63,254 nt of DNA from Oscillospiraceae bacterium (GCA_045660685.1 JAZREI010000140.1:1-63254); one strand, 5' to 3'. Shown: positions 18,637-27,722, counted from the stretch's first letter. Notes: generated by a model from the sequence alone, not told the origin. Numbers and translations: made by a program.

Positions 18637-18815
18637 TCGCGAGCCCTTCTGCTGAAGTGCCCTATCGGCTATCGCCGACGCGATTTCAAGGGAAACCAGC
18701 CATGGACACCTGGTCGCAATCATAGATTGCTTCCCGCTTTGGCTACAAACATGCCACCGGCATGTTTGCTTAACGGGTCGCGCCCTTGAGAACCCTTCCT
18801 TCACCAACTGCGCCG
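18637..18815 (+). repeat. Family-A structured intergenic repeat carrying a roughly 77-nt internal insertion (18706-18782)
   Basis: The 5' 69 nt and the 3' 33 nt align with 44581-44684. The insert splits the fourth stem and contains two hairpins of its own. Confidence 0.8.
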
Positions 18816-18843
18816 CTATTTTTCTCCATTGTTTGATTAAATA

Positions 18844-18869
18844 AAAAAGCCGCCTATAGGCGGCTTTTT
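18844..18869. terminator. Bidirectional terminator between the hydrolase and response-regulator genes
   Basis: AAAAAGCCGCC-TATA-GGCGGCTTTTT. Confidence 0.8.
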
Positions 18870-18872
18870 CAT

Positions 18873-19580
18873 TTAATCGGGTTCTGCGATTCTATATCCC
18901 ACGCCAACTTCGGTAAACAGATACTTGGGTTCTGCGGGATTGTCTTCAATCTTGCGGCGGATGTTTGCCATATTTACACGGAGAATCTGGTTATCCCCAC
19001 CTGCACGAGGTCCCCACAGCTCCTTCATAATAAAGTCATAGGTCAATACCTTCCCTGCGTGCTTCGCCAGCAGGCTGACAATGCGGAACTCACTGAGGGT
19101 CAGCTTCACATTTTCTCCGCGCACCAGCGCCTGATGCTTGTTAAAGTCTACCACCAAATCCCCTACGCTGTAGGTACCCTGCAGGGCAATTTCTGTGTTG
19201 GCAGATACGGTACGGGTGTGGCGAATGGCGGTACGAACACGGGCCAGCAGCTCAGCAGTGCCGAAGGGCTTGGTCAGATAGTCATCCGCCCCCGCATCCA
19301 GTGCCGCAACCTTATCTCGCTCATGGCTGCGTGCGGAAACTACTACAATGGGCAGCCCTGACCAGCTGCGTATATTCTTCAGCAGGTCCATGCCGTCCAT
19401 ATCGGGCAGCCCCAAATCCAGAATAATCAAATCGGGACAGTGGGAGGACACCATAGACAATGCCTCCTGCCCTGTACGGGCACGCATGGCTTCGTAACCG
19501 TTGTTATTCAAAACCGTGGAAATAAAGTGAGCAATGCTCTTTTCGTCTTCCACAACCAGTATTTTCTCTTTGATATTCAT
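18873..19580 (-). CDS. OmpR-family response regulator (KdpE-like)
   Basis: The receiver domain has DLIILDLGLPDMDG and KPF. The C-terminus is a winged-helix domain ending VGVGYR. Confidence 0.85.
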   Translation of the reverse strand: MNIKEKILVVEDEKSIAHFISTVLNNNGYEAMRARTGQEALSMVSSHCPDLIILDLGLPDMDGMDLLKNIRSWSGLPIVVVSARSHERDKVAALDAGADDYLTKPFGTAELLARVRTAIRHTRTVSANTEIALQGTYSVGDLVVDFNKHQALVRGENVKLTLSEFRIVSLLAKHAGKVLTYDFIMKELWGPRAGGDNQILRVNMANIRRKIEDNPAEPKYLFTEVGVGYRIAEPD

Positions 19581-19600
19581 AAGTCAACTCCTTGTTGGCT

Positions 19601-20677
19601 TCATAATGATAATTCTTCCATAGGCAGAGCGAAGGAAAACTCCGCGCCCCGCTCCGTATTTTTTGCCTGTATGGTACCGCCGTGAGCCTTCACGATGGTC
19701 AAGCACACGCTCAGACCGATGCCCATATTGCGCTTCATATCCCCTTTGGCGGTTTCACTGTGCTTCATGGACCCATCAAACAACGTCTCCAGCATCTCTA
19801 CGGGGATTCCCACACCGTTATCCGCCACCACGAACCAAACTTCGCTTCCTCGCTTGGTCACATCCACACGGATTTCCGTGGTGATTTTTCCGTGAATGAC
19901 TGCGTTTTCCATCAAATTCACAAGAACCTGTTCAATGAGAATGGCATCTGCAGGCACCCACAGTACCTCGTCGGGCACAGTTACACGAACCTTCACATGG
20001 TCATACCGCTTACGCAACTTGCTCACAGCCACCGCAACGATTTCCTCGCGCATTTCCGGCACCTTGGTGACTTGTGCGCTGTCGCTGCCCACACGGGTAA
20101 TGGACAGCAGATTCTCTACCACCTGAATCAGCCACTGGGCATCATCACGGACATCGGTCAGCAGCTCTCGCCGTTCTTCTTCGGTCAAGCCGGGGTTTTC
20201 CAGCATAACAGAGGTCGCCCCAACGATGCCCGTCAGCGGTGTGCGAATATCGTGAGATACGCTGCGCAGCAGGTTGGCACGCATCTTCACCTTTTCGTTT
20301 TCCACACGCAGTTCTTCCTTTTGCTTAGCCTGAGAGGTCAGCGCGCAGGTAATGACGGAAACCATCAGGAATGCCAGAAAGCTCAAAGGATAGCCCGCAA
20401 TGGTAAAGTCAATTTCAAAATAGGGGTATGTAAAAACGTAGTTCACGCAAATAACCCCCAGCACCGAGGACAGCAGCCCAAACAAGTAGCCGTTGGTAAA
20501 GCGGGAAACCATCAGCACAGCCAAAACAAACACGGGCGACGCAAAGCCGTCTCCGGAATTGGTCATACGCAGCACGGCACAAACGCCAATGGCGATCATG
20601 CAGAAAAACAGCATGGTCAAAAGATCTCGAAAAGAAAAGGGAAAATACCGTTTCCATTCGATTCGTTCTTTTTTCAC
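19601..20677 (-). CDS. Sensor histidine kinase resembling the C-terminal half of KdpD (DUF4118-type membrane domain + HisKA + HATPase)
   Basis: I chose GTG 20677 (SD GGAGGGGAG). The H-box is SHDIRTPLT, the N-box is NLMENAVIHG and the G-boxes are DNGVGIP and GIGLSV. Three or four TM segments are present, and there is no N-terminal KdpD sensor domain. Confidence 0.8.
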   Translation of the reverse strand: MKKERIEWKRYFPFSFRDLLTMLFFCMIAIGVCAVLRMTNSGDGFASPVFVLAVLMVSRFTNGYLFGLLSSVLGVICVNYVFTYPYFEIDFTIAGYPLSFLAFLMVSVITCALTSQAKQKEELRVENEKVKMRANLLRSVSHDIRTPLTGIVGATSVMLENPGLTEEERRELLTDVRDDAQWLIQVVENLLSITRVGSDSAQVTKVPEMREEIVAVAVSKLRKRYDHVKVRVTVPDEVLWVPADAILIEQVLVNLMENAVIHGKITTEIRVDVTKRGSEVWFVVADNGVGIPVEMLETLFDGSMKHSETAKGDMKRNMGIGLSVCLTIVKAHGGTIQAKNTERGAEFSFALPMEELSL

Positions 20678-20828
20678 CGACTCCCCTCCATTCGTCAAAC
20701 TACTCCATTTTGATTTATTATACCATATCTCCCGTAAAATGTCCGTTAAATTTAAACAGCACAATTTTTACCACAAACAAAAACCTCCTCTTGGGAAAGA
20801 GGAGGTTTGTTATATTCTGTTATGCTTT

Positions 20829-22055
20829 TTATTTCATTTCGCTGAACTGCTTGACGATGTCCACCAGAATCGCAACAGACTGGTTCAGTTCTTCCACGAT
20901 CAGATGTTCATAGGGACCGTGGAAGCCGTAGCCGCCCGCACCCAGATTGGGACAAGGCAGACCGCGGAAGCTCAGCTGTGCACCGTCGGTGCCGCCGCGA
21001 ACGGGAACATATGCAGGCTCCAGACCTACGCTGCGGATGGCCTTTTCTGCCACAACCAGCAGCTCGGGATATGCCGCAACCACTTCAAACATATTGCGGT
21101 ATTCCTGTTCGATCTTCAGTTCACAAACACCGTCACCGTACTTCAGGTTCAGGTATGCGGCGATTTCTTCCATAACCTTCTGACGCCATGCAAACTTGCC
21201 CGCATCGTGGTCACGGATGATGTAGTACATTTCCGCATCGGTAACGCTGCCCTTGATGTTCACCAGATGCCAGAAGCCCTGATGGCCTTCGGTGTCGCAG
21301 GGACGCTGACGGACGGGCAGCATATCGTCAAATTCCATAGCCAGCAGTGCTGCATTGACCATGGTATCCTTTGCGTTGCCGGGGTGAACGGATACGCCGT
21401 TAAACTTAATGGTTGCGCTGGCTGCATTGAAGGTTTCCGCTTCAATGTCCTCGGGACCGCTGCCGTCTACGGTGAAGCCGTAGTCCGCGCCGAAGAAGTC
21501 CAGGTCCAGCAGTGCCGCACCGTGGCCGATTTCTTCGTCGGGAGAGAAGCAAACAGCAATACGGCCGTGGGGGATATTTTCCTTGATAACGGTTTCCACC
21601 ATGGTCAGAATAGCTGCAATGCCTGCCTTATCGTCTGCACCCAGAACGGTGGTGCCGTCGGTGGTAACGATGGTCTTGCCAATGCACTTGTTCAGATGGG
21701 GGAAGTGTTCGGGCAGCAGGGTACGGCCGCTGGTACCCAGCTTAATGCCGTGACCGTCGTAGTTTTCGATAATCTGAGGCTTTACTTCACCGATGCCCAA
21801 ATCAGCTACGATGTCCAGATGGGCATTGAAGCCGATGCACTTGCAGTCTTCATAGCCGGGTGTAGCAGGCACGAAGCCGTACACATATGCGTGTTCGGTA
21901 CGGGTCACGTTTTCCATGCCCATTTCCTTCATTTCCTTCTCCAGCATTTCGCACAGAATGTGCTGACATGCGGTGGAGGGGGTTACATCATGATTGAATC
22001 TATCGCTGGCGGTATGCACAACAGCATACTGCAGAAAGCGTTCCAAAGCGTTCAT
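20829..22055 (-). CDS. pepT: Peptidase T (tripeptide aminopeptidase, M20B)
   Basis: 408 aa with a PepT-like N-terminus (ERFLQYAVVHTASD). M20 metal-ligand contexts include GADDKAGIA and SPDEEIG. Confidence 0.85.
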   Translation of the reverse strand: MNALERFLQYAVVHTASDRFNHDVTPSTACQHILCEMLEKEMKEMGMENVTRTEHAYVYGFVPATPGYEDCKCIGFNAHLDIVADLGIGEVKPQIIENYDGHGIKLGTSGRTLLPEHFPHLNKCIGKTIVTTDGTTVLGADDKAGIAAILTMVETVIKENIPHGRIAVCFSPDEEIGHGAALLDLDFFGADYGFTVDGSGPEDIEAETFNAASATIKFNGVSVHPGNAKDTMVNAALLAMEFDDMLPVRQRPCDTEGHQGFWHLVNIKGSVTDAEMYYIIRDHDAGKFAWRQKVMEEIAAYLNLKYGDGVCELKIEQEYRNMFEVVAAYPELLVVAEKAIRSVGLEPAYVPVRGGTDGAQLSFRGLPCPNLGAGGYGFHGPYEHLIVEELNQSVAILVDIVKQFSEMK

Positions 22056-22281
22056 TTTATTCCTTTCTCCGTCCTTCGGACAGATGTGTAATGTTAGGAG
22101 ACATTATAACACCGCTTTTCAGTTTCGGCAACTCTATTTCTTTAAAGCAGTAATGTTTTTCTTTGTGCATTTTTTACGAAAAACAGTTTGAATCGTATAA
22201 AACCCATCGTTTTTCCTCTGTCATCCTCTACTTTTTTGTGTTATACTGTACGCTATACTGAATAGACAACGAGGTATTCCC

Positions 22282-22968
22282 ATGAATCGAACCACCGCAC
22301 CCACACGCTGTGTGTATTTCCATATTGACCCTCAGCCCTTTGACCGTCAGCATCTGCACCTGCCCATGCAGTTCCTGTTGCAGGCAGATGACCGTCCCAC
22401 CCGTCGCATGCACCGTTTGTACGGGGGCTTCGCCACAGAGCGCATCCTCATGGACAGCAAGGAACATACCCTGACCCTGCGCCTTCCCGACGGCACGCCT
22501 CTGCGCGGTCTCCGACTGCCTGCCGACAACTATAATTACATGATTACTCTGTCCGAGCCCGACGGCTTCGCCATCAAGCAGGCAGGTCCCATGGCACCCA
22601 CTGCCCCCACAGCCGACATCGACAGCCTGACCCGTCTGCTGACGGGCAAGCTCATGCGCAGCCTGAACCCTGCTTCCCCCTTCTGTCATCTGTACAAGGA
22701 TTTGACAGAACGTGATTTGGACTATCTGTGGTTTGAATTCTGGGAAACCGCCGTACTCACGCGCTTCATGCCCAAGAGCGGTCACATTCCCGATTTGAAG
22801 AAGGACTTCGACCTGGCAGACCGTTACCCCGGCAACGCCACCTTGACCTTCTCCCAGACCATGGAGCTGGAAGCCCGTATGGAACAAGCCCTCCGTGAGA
22901 ACCCCGCTATGGAAGGTCTGGAATTCTTCCGCAACGAAAATGGCTTCCTGTGTGTCAGACCCAAATAA
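22282..22968 (+). CDS. Hypothetical protein, no recognisable motif
   Basis: The 228-aa ORF has the same third-position GC-rich codon style as neighbouring genes. TATACT boxes and a weak SD lie upstream. The opposite-strand ORF looks like a shadow. Confidence 0.55.
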   Translation: MNRTTAPTRCVYFHIDPQPFDRQHLHLPMQFLLQADDRPTRRMHRLYGGFATERILMDSKEHTLTLRLPDGTPLRGLRLPADNYNYMITLSEPDGFAIKQAGPMAPTAPTADIDSLTRLLTGKLMRSLNPASPFCHLYKDLTERDLDYLWFEFWETAVLTRFMPKSGHIPDLKKDFDLADRYPGNATLTFSQTMELEARMEQALRENPAMEGLEFFRNENGFLCVRPK

Positions 22969-22996
22969 AAAAAGCCGACTGCAAATGCAGACGGCT

Positions 22997-23073
22997 TGGC
23001 ACCCCGGAGAGGACTCTAACCTCCGACCTATCGCTTAGGAGGCGATTGCTCTATACAACTGAGCTACCGGGGC
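22997..23073 (-). tRNA. tRNA-Arg (anticodon CCT), CCA encoded, atypical D-loop/T-loop
   Basis: Hand-folded cloverleaf: GCCCCGG TA GCTC AGTTGTATA GAGC A ATCGC CTCCTAA GCGAT AGGTC GGAGG TTAGAGT CCTCT CCGGGGT G CCA. It has its own promoter (23085-23113) and a terminator hairpin (22972-22996). Confidence 0.8.
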
Positions 23074-23084
23074 ATATTTACGTC

Positions 23085-23113
23085 ATTGTATCTTAAAACC
23101 ACTTCAATGTCAA
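23085..23113 (-). promoter_or_regulatory. Predicted promoter of tRNA-Arg: TTGACA-17-TACAAT, ending 11 nt before the mature 5' end
   Basis: Read on the minus strand as TTGACATTGAAGTGGTTTTAAGATACAAT. It overlaps the 5' region of the divergent DUF1643 gene. Confidence 0.55.
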
Positions 23114-23127
23114 CAAAGGAGCATTCC

Positions 23128-23745
23128 ATGCATATCCCCTCCACCACCACTGACCGCATCGAGGTTTTGACCTTTGCCGATGCCTGTCTGCACAGTGACC
23201 GCAGCGAGGAATACAACCGTGACAAATGGCTGTACATTCCCGATTTCTACTCCGAATACCGTTACATACTGGGCACCCGCGGTGCAAATCCTCTGATTTG
23301 CATCGGCATCAACCCCTCCACCGCCCGTCCCGACGCACTGGACAACACCCTGAAGTCCGTAGAGCGCATCGCACTTGGCAACGGCTTCGACAGCTTCACC
23401 ATGTTCAACGTCTACGCGCAGCGCGCCACCAACCCCGACGACATGGAAAAGCAGCTCAATGAGCATCTTCACGCAGAAAATATGAAAGCCTTTGACTACG
23501 TCCTCAGCCAAAGCGAGAACCCCGTAGTCTGGGCAGCATGGGGCGCCATCATCGAAAAGCGCAAGTACCTGCCTCATTGCGTACGAGACATGATTGAAAT
23601 CGGCCGCCGCCACAACGCCCGTTGGGTCTGCGCAGGGAAAATCAGCAAGAAGGGACACCCTCACCACCCTCTGTATCTCCGCAAGGACGAGCCCGTACGG
23701 GACTTTGATATTGAGGGCTATATCAATCATATTATCGGAACATAA
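23128..23745 (+). CDS. DUF1643 domain protein (UDG-superfamily-like fold)
   Basis: I chose ATG 23128 (SD AAGGAG). The core YRYILGTRGANPLICIGINPSTARPDALDNTLKSVERIALGNGFDSFTMFNVYAQRATNPDDM resembles the DUF1643 consensus (IGLNPS...D.T...NLF..R.T.P). Confidence 0.75.
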   Translation: MHIPSTTTDRIEVLTFADACLHSDRSEEYNRDKWLYIPDFYSEYRYILGTRGANPLICIGINPSTARPDALDNTLKSVERIALGNGFDSFTMFNVYAQRATNPDDMEKQLNEHLHAENMKAFDYVLSQSENPVVWAAWGAIIEKRKYLPHCVRDMIEIGRRHNARWVCAGKISKKGHPHHPLYLRKDEPVRDFDIEGYINHIIGT

Positions 23746-23851
23746 TTCCGCTCATTTCGTCCGATTTCCGAAACCTTAAAAGAATCTCTATTGTTTCAAT
23801 TGGATTGAAGTGCTAAAATAAAGCCATCATTTTTCAGAAAGGATCTTGCCC

Positions 23852-25012
23852 ATGCGCAAAAGCACAATCGTATATCTCGCGGCACTGGCTCTGTTGCTTT
23901 GCACCCAGCTGGGCAACCTGCGAGATTTTCTGAACAGCCGCACCATGGACTGTGAAGAAATGATTTACACAGCCCTGTGGGAGGAGCAGGACCGCGTCGC
24001 TCTGGCAGGGTATCGCCTGAGCCCCGAAGAGCTCAGCGAACACTGGAGTCATGTGATTTACGACCACGCAGAGCTGTTTTACGTAGCAGACCGCTATGAA
24101 TACCGCGCCATCGGCGACCTTGTGCTGTCCGTGCATCCCATTTACGCCGTCAGCGGCAGCGAGCTGGAGCTGGCACGGCAGGTCTACGCCGATACCATCA
24201 ACGACATTCTGTCCACGGTACATTCGGAATGGACCGACCTGCAGAAAGCCCTGTATCTCCACGATTACCTGTGCAGCCACTACGCCTACGACGAAAACCT
24301 GCAGCGGTACTCCGCATACGAGCTGCTGACCGAGGGCACAGGGGTCTGCCAGGCATATACCCTTGTGTACGATGCCCTGCTGACCGCCTGCGGCATTGAC
24401 AGCAGCTACGTAATCAGCCGTGAAATGAACCACTCATGGAATGTGGTCACCATCGACGGCAAGCAATACAACGTAGACGCCACCTACAACGACCCCTCTC
24501 CCGACCAATTGGGAAAGGTCTCCCATACCCATTTCCTGTGCAGTGACAGTAAGTTCACCGCTGACCACAGCTTCTCCCCCACCGAGGGCTTCGGACAGTG
24601 TGCAGACAGCTCCTACGACCAAAAGGCTGTGTGGGAAAACGTCAGCACCGCCTTTGTTCCCGTAGGCAAAGATTTCTACTACATCCAAAACGGTATGCTG
24701 TACCGTTGGGACGGCAGCAACAGCGATTATATCGACACCATTTACGCCACATGGTTCACCGACCGCGGCGACCAAAGCTACTGGCGTGGCAATTACAGCG
24801 CACTGATTGCTTACAAGGGAAAGCTTCTGTACAGCAAGCCCGACTGCATCATGTCTTATGACCCTGCAGACGATAGCTTCGACGTATTCTACGAACACAC
24901 AGGCAGTCCCGACATCTACGGTTTCCAAATCAAGAACGACGAGCTGCTCCTGCAGCTGTCCACCTCCCCCAACGAACCGGGGCAGGTTGTCGCCGTAACA
25001 CTCCCCCAATAA
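23852..25012 (+). CDS. Secreted transglutaminase-like (papain-fold Cys-His-Asp) protein
   Basis: I chose ATG 23852 (SD AGAAAGGA, 8 nt). An N-terminal signal/anchor is present. The triad context is GVCQAY ... NHSWNVV ... NVDAT. Confidence 0.7.
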   Translation: MRKSTIVYLAALALLLCTQLGNLRDFLNSRTMDCEEMIYTALWEEQDRVALAGYRLSPEELSEHWSHVIYDHAELFYVADRYEYRAIGDLVLSVHPIYAVSGSELELARQVYADTINDILSTVHSEWTDLQKALYLHDYLCSHYAYDENLQRYSAYELLTEGTGVCQAYTLVYDALLTACGIDSSYVISREMNHSWNVVTIDGKQYNVDATYNDPSPDQLGKVSHTHFLCSDSKFTADHSFSPTEGFGQCADSSYDQKAVWENVSTAFVPVGKDFYYIQNGMLYRWDGSNSDYIDTIYATWFTDRGDQSYWRGNYSALIAYKGKLLYSKPDCIMSYDPADDSFDVFYEHTGSPDIYGFQIKNDELLLQLSTSPNEPGQVVAVTLPQ

Positions 25013-25106
25013 CACCAATCCCACCGAGGACACCTCGGTGGGATTTTTCATGGGCACAAAGGCATTTTTTGTTTTCTGTAGGGGCGAACTGTCATCGCCC
25101 GCTTTT

Positions 25107-26732
25107 TTATTCCAAACCCAATTTTCCATAGCAGAAATTATATCCGCCAACTGCACTGTGACTCACACCGGTGAGACCTTCCGCTGCGGTATAGGTTTCT
25201 CCAAACCAATACAAGGGGCATACTCCAAACCGCTCCTTCTCATAGAGCATTTCCTCTGCACGCAGGAGCATGGCATCCCGTGCAGGGGCATCCATACACT
25301 CGGCAGCCAGCTGCAGCTGCTCATTGTACCGCACATCGCCCCAGCCCGAGTGATTGTACGTACCGCCCCGCTCCATAATTTGCAGGAAGCTCAAGGGGTC
25401 GTCATAATCGGGCAGCCAGCTCAAATACGCCACGTCGAAGGTATTGGTCCGCAGCCGCGCGGCATAGGCATCCACTTCCATAGGCACAAACTCCGCCTGC
25501 AAACCAAGCACTCGCTGCCAGTCTCCTTGGCACCGCTCTGCAACGGTGCGGTTCACCACAGACTCATTGAAGCGGTAGTACACCCTATAGCTGCCGTACC
25601 AGCTCCCCGCAGCCCTTGACTGCTCCATGAGAGCGGAAGCCAAAGCGCAGCGCCCCTCATAATGCGACAGGTCATACCGGGGATAGGTCTGACCCAGCCA
25701 AGTGTACATGGAGGCTTCACCCCCATAGGCTCGTCCGTCTGTCATGGAAATACCCTCGGGCACCAATCCCTCAGCAGCCCTTGCACCGTTTCCCAGCTGT
25801 GCCGCAAGGGCATCACGGTCAATGCTCAGCAGCATAGCCGCACGTACTCGCCAGTCGGGAATGGCATTGGCATTAAGATACAGATAATAGGTCCCTGCCA
25901 CAGGCACCGTACCGTCCGCATGGTCCGCACCTGCCGCAAAATCACAGCCCTCGGTGCTGCCGAACTTCCATAAAACCTCATCGGGACCAAGGTTTTCCGC
26001 ATCGTAATAATAGGGATTGGGCACCAGCCGCATATAGTCGTCATGAACCCATTCCCCGATGGTATAGGCACCGCTGACCACAATATACCCTTCATTGGTC
26101 CAGTCTCCGCCATAAGTCTCGATGACATCACGGCGAAGGGGCGCCATACAGGGCATAGCGCACAGCTTCCAAAACCATGGGCAGGGCTGTTCCAATTCCA
26201 CACGTAGCACCCGCTCGCTCTCTGCATACACCCCCAAGGCTTCCGGGGGCAGCTGCCCCGCGGCCACTGCCTCGGCATTGCGCAGCACACCGTACAAATG
26301 CGCTCCGCCACCTTCCCCGTCACCTACGGGTGTCAGCAGCCTGCGCCATGCGAAGACAAAATCCTCCGCAGTCACAGGTACGCCGTCGGACCATCGTGCA
26401 TCACTGCGGATGGTAAATCGAAGCACCGTCCCGTCCTCGCTAAGCTCCATAGACTCTGCCAGACCCAACACAGGCACAGCATCGTTCACCGTACCCTCCA
26501 CGTCCTCGGGGGCATATTTCACCAAACCCTCAAACAGGTGGTTCAGCAAATCCACCGACTCCGAGGCAATTCGATAGCTTGGGTCAATGGTACTGCCTTC
26601 CGCCCCCACTGACACAGTCAGCACCATAGGCGTAGGCTCGGGTGTGGGCGTAGGCTCGGCAGTATCCGCAAGGTCACCCCCACGGCAGCCGCACAACAGC
26701 AAACAGAGCAGAATCGGAACAAGTGCTTTCAT
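25107..26732 (-). CDS. Orphan ABC-transporter substrate-binding lipoprotein (family 5, peptide/nickel type)
   Basis: MKALVPILLCLLLCGC is a signal peptide plus lipobox. The 541-aa body is family-5 SBP-like. No adjacent permease or ATPase genes are present. Confidence 0.8.
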   Translation of the reverse strand: MKALVPILLCLLLCGCRGGDLADTAEPTPTPEPTPMVLTVSVGAEGSTIDPSYRIASESVDLLNHLFEGLVKYAPEDVEGTVNDAVPVLGLAESMELSEDGTVLRFTIRSDARWSDGVPVTAEDFVFAWRRLLTPVGDGEGGGAHLYGVLRNAEAVAAGQLPPEALGVYAESERVLRVELEQPCPWFWKLCAMPCMAPLRRDVIETYGGDWTNEGYIVVSGAYTIGEWVHDDYMRLVPNPYYYDAENLGPDEVLWKFGSTEGCDFAAGADHADGTVPVAGTYYLYLNANAIPDWRVRAAMLLSIDRDALAAQLGNGARAAEGLVPEGISMTDGRAYGGEASMYTWLGQTYPRYDLSHYEGRCALASALMEQSRAAGSWYGSYRVYYRFNESVVNRTVAERCQGDWQRVLGLQAEFVPMEVDAYAARLRTNTFDVAYLSWLPDYDDPLSFLQIMERGGTYNHSGWGDVRYNEQLQLAAECMDAPARDAMLLRAEEMLYEKERFGVCPLYWFGETYTAAEGLTGVSHSAVGGYNFCYGKLGLE

Positions 26733-26748
26733 TTAAGTCCTTTCTATC

Positions 26749-27549
26749 TTAGGACCCCAGCCTCCGATCCTTTTCCACAACGGCATCCACAGCCTGCTGC
26801 ACAGCGGACTCGAAGCCCAGTCGTTTCAAGGTATGGACACCCTCAATGGTAGTGCCACCGGGAGAACAGACCTGGTCGGCCAGCTGCACGGGATGCAGAT
26901 CGGAATTCAGGGTCAGCTTCGCCGCTCCCAGCACCGCCTGACAGGCAAGCTCCTGTGCCATGGGGCGCGGCAGACCATGCTTGACCCCCGCAGAGGCAAG
27001 CGCATCAATGTACAAGTGGATGAAGGCACCGCTTGCCCCACCCAGAGCAGAGAATGCAGGGAACAGAGTTTCGGTCACTTCGTACACACTGCCAATGGTG
27101 GAGAACATTTCCTTTGCAATCTCCACGTGATGGGGCTGTGCGTAACGACCGCCGCAGATACCGCTGGCAGCAGACAGCACACGGGCGGCGATGTTGGGCA
27201 TGACTCGCACCACAGCCACGTTTTCCCCGAACACTTCCTCATAGTAAGCGCAGGGCTTGCCTGCAGCGATGGTGATGATGGTCTTATTCTTGGTCACCCA
27301 AGGCTCTGCCAAAGGCAGTACATCCCCCATCATCTGGGGCTTGACCGCCAGCACCACAACATCCGCAGCCTGTACCAGTGCGGGAATGCTCTTCATGGGC
27401 ACCAGCCCCACTTCTTCCGCCAGAGCCAGGGTCTTGCCTTCGGAGCGGTTGAAGCCCAGAATGCTCCCCTGAGGGAACTTGCCGCTGCCTGCCATGCCGC
27501 GGATAATGGCAGATGCCATGTTGCCCAGTCCGATAAATCCGTATTTCAT
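26749..27549 (-). CDS. proC: Pyrroline-5-carboxylate reductase
   Basis: I chose ATG 27549, giving MKYGFIGLGNMASAIIRGM (Rossmann GxGxxA/G). A conserved C-terminal P5CR dimerisation motif, PGGTTIEG, is present. Confidence 0.9.
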   Translation of the reverse strand: MKYGFIGLGNMASAIIRGMAGSGKFPQGSILGFNRSEGKTLALAEEVGLVPMKSIPALVQAADVVVLAVKPQMMGDVLPLAEPWVTKNKTIITIAAGKPCAYYEEVFGENVAVVRVMPNIAARVLSAASGICGGRYAQPHHVEIAKEMFSTIGSVYEVTETLFPAFSALGGASGAFIHLYIDALASAGVKHGLPRPMAQELACQAVLGAAKLTLNSDLHPVQLADQVCSPGGTTIEGVHTLKRLGFESAVQQAVDAVVEKDRRLGS

Positions 27550-27694
27550 GTATGTCACCTCATAGAGTTTTTGTTTTATTGTACCACAAACCGCAAAAGC
27601 TCCGCAAGGTATACATCTTTTCCCCACTTTATATGTAACAGACGGTTAGATTTTGAATTTGTTCCCCACTTTCATCAAATTATAGCAGGTATCT

Positions 27695-27722
27695 CCATCA
27701 TCTCCCCATCACACCCCCATCA
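27695..27722 (-). promoter_or_regulatory. Three TGATGG(G/A)G repeats spaced exactly 11 bp apart, just upstream of a TATAAT box (rc of 27679-27684) in the proC upstream region
   Basis: The plus strand has CCATCA at 27695, 27706 and 27717. No good -35 hexamer is present at the expected position. Confidence 0.4.

Noticed and set aside
17572-18807. A 411-aa minus-strand ORF covering the alpha/beta hydrolase locus and the family-A repeat.
   Set aside because: It is antisense to a gene with a GHSMGS nucleophile elbow and a proper SD. Its N-terminus is encoded by the intergenic repeat, and it has no motifs.
22228-22887. A 219-aa minus-strand ORF opposite the 22282-22968 hypothetical gene.
   Set aside because: The plus-strand frame has the third-position C/G-rich codon pattern shared by neighbouring genes and is preceded by promoter-like boxes. 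The minus-strand product is Gly/Val/Gln-rich, like the other shadow ORFs. Neither has a family match, so confidence in the plus-strand call is only moderate.
27560-27600. A possible proline T-box leader upstream of proC (GTGGTAC resembles part of the T-box sequence).
   Set aside because: Only 7 nt match. The flanking conserved T-box bases (AATTAGGGTGGTACCGCG) are absent, as are a specifier-loop/stem I architecture and a terminator/antiterminator pair.
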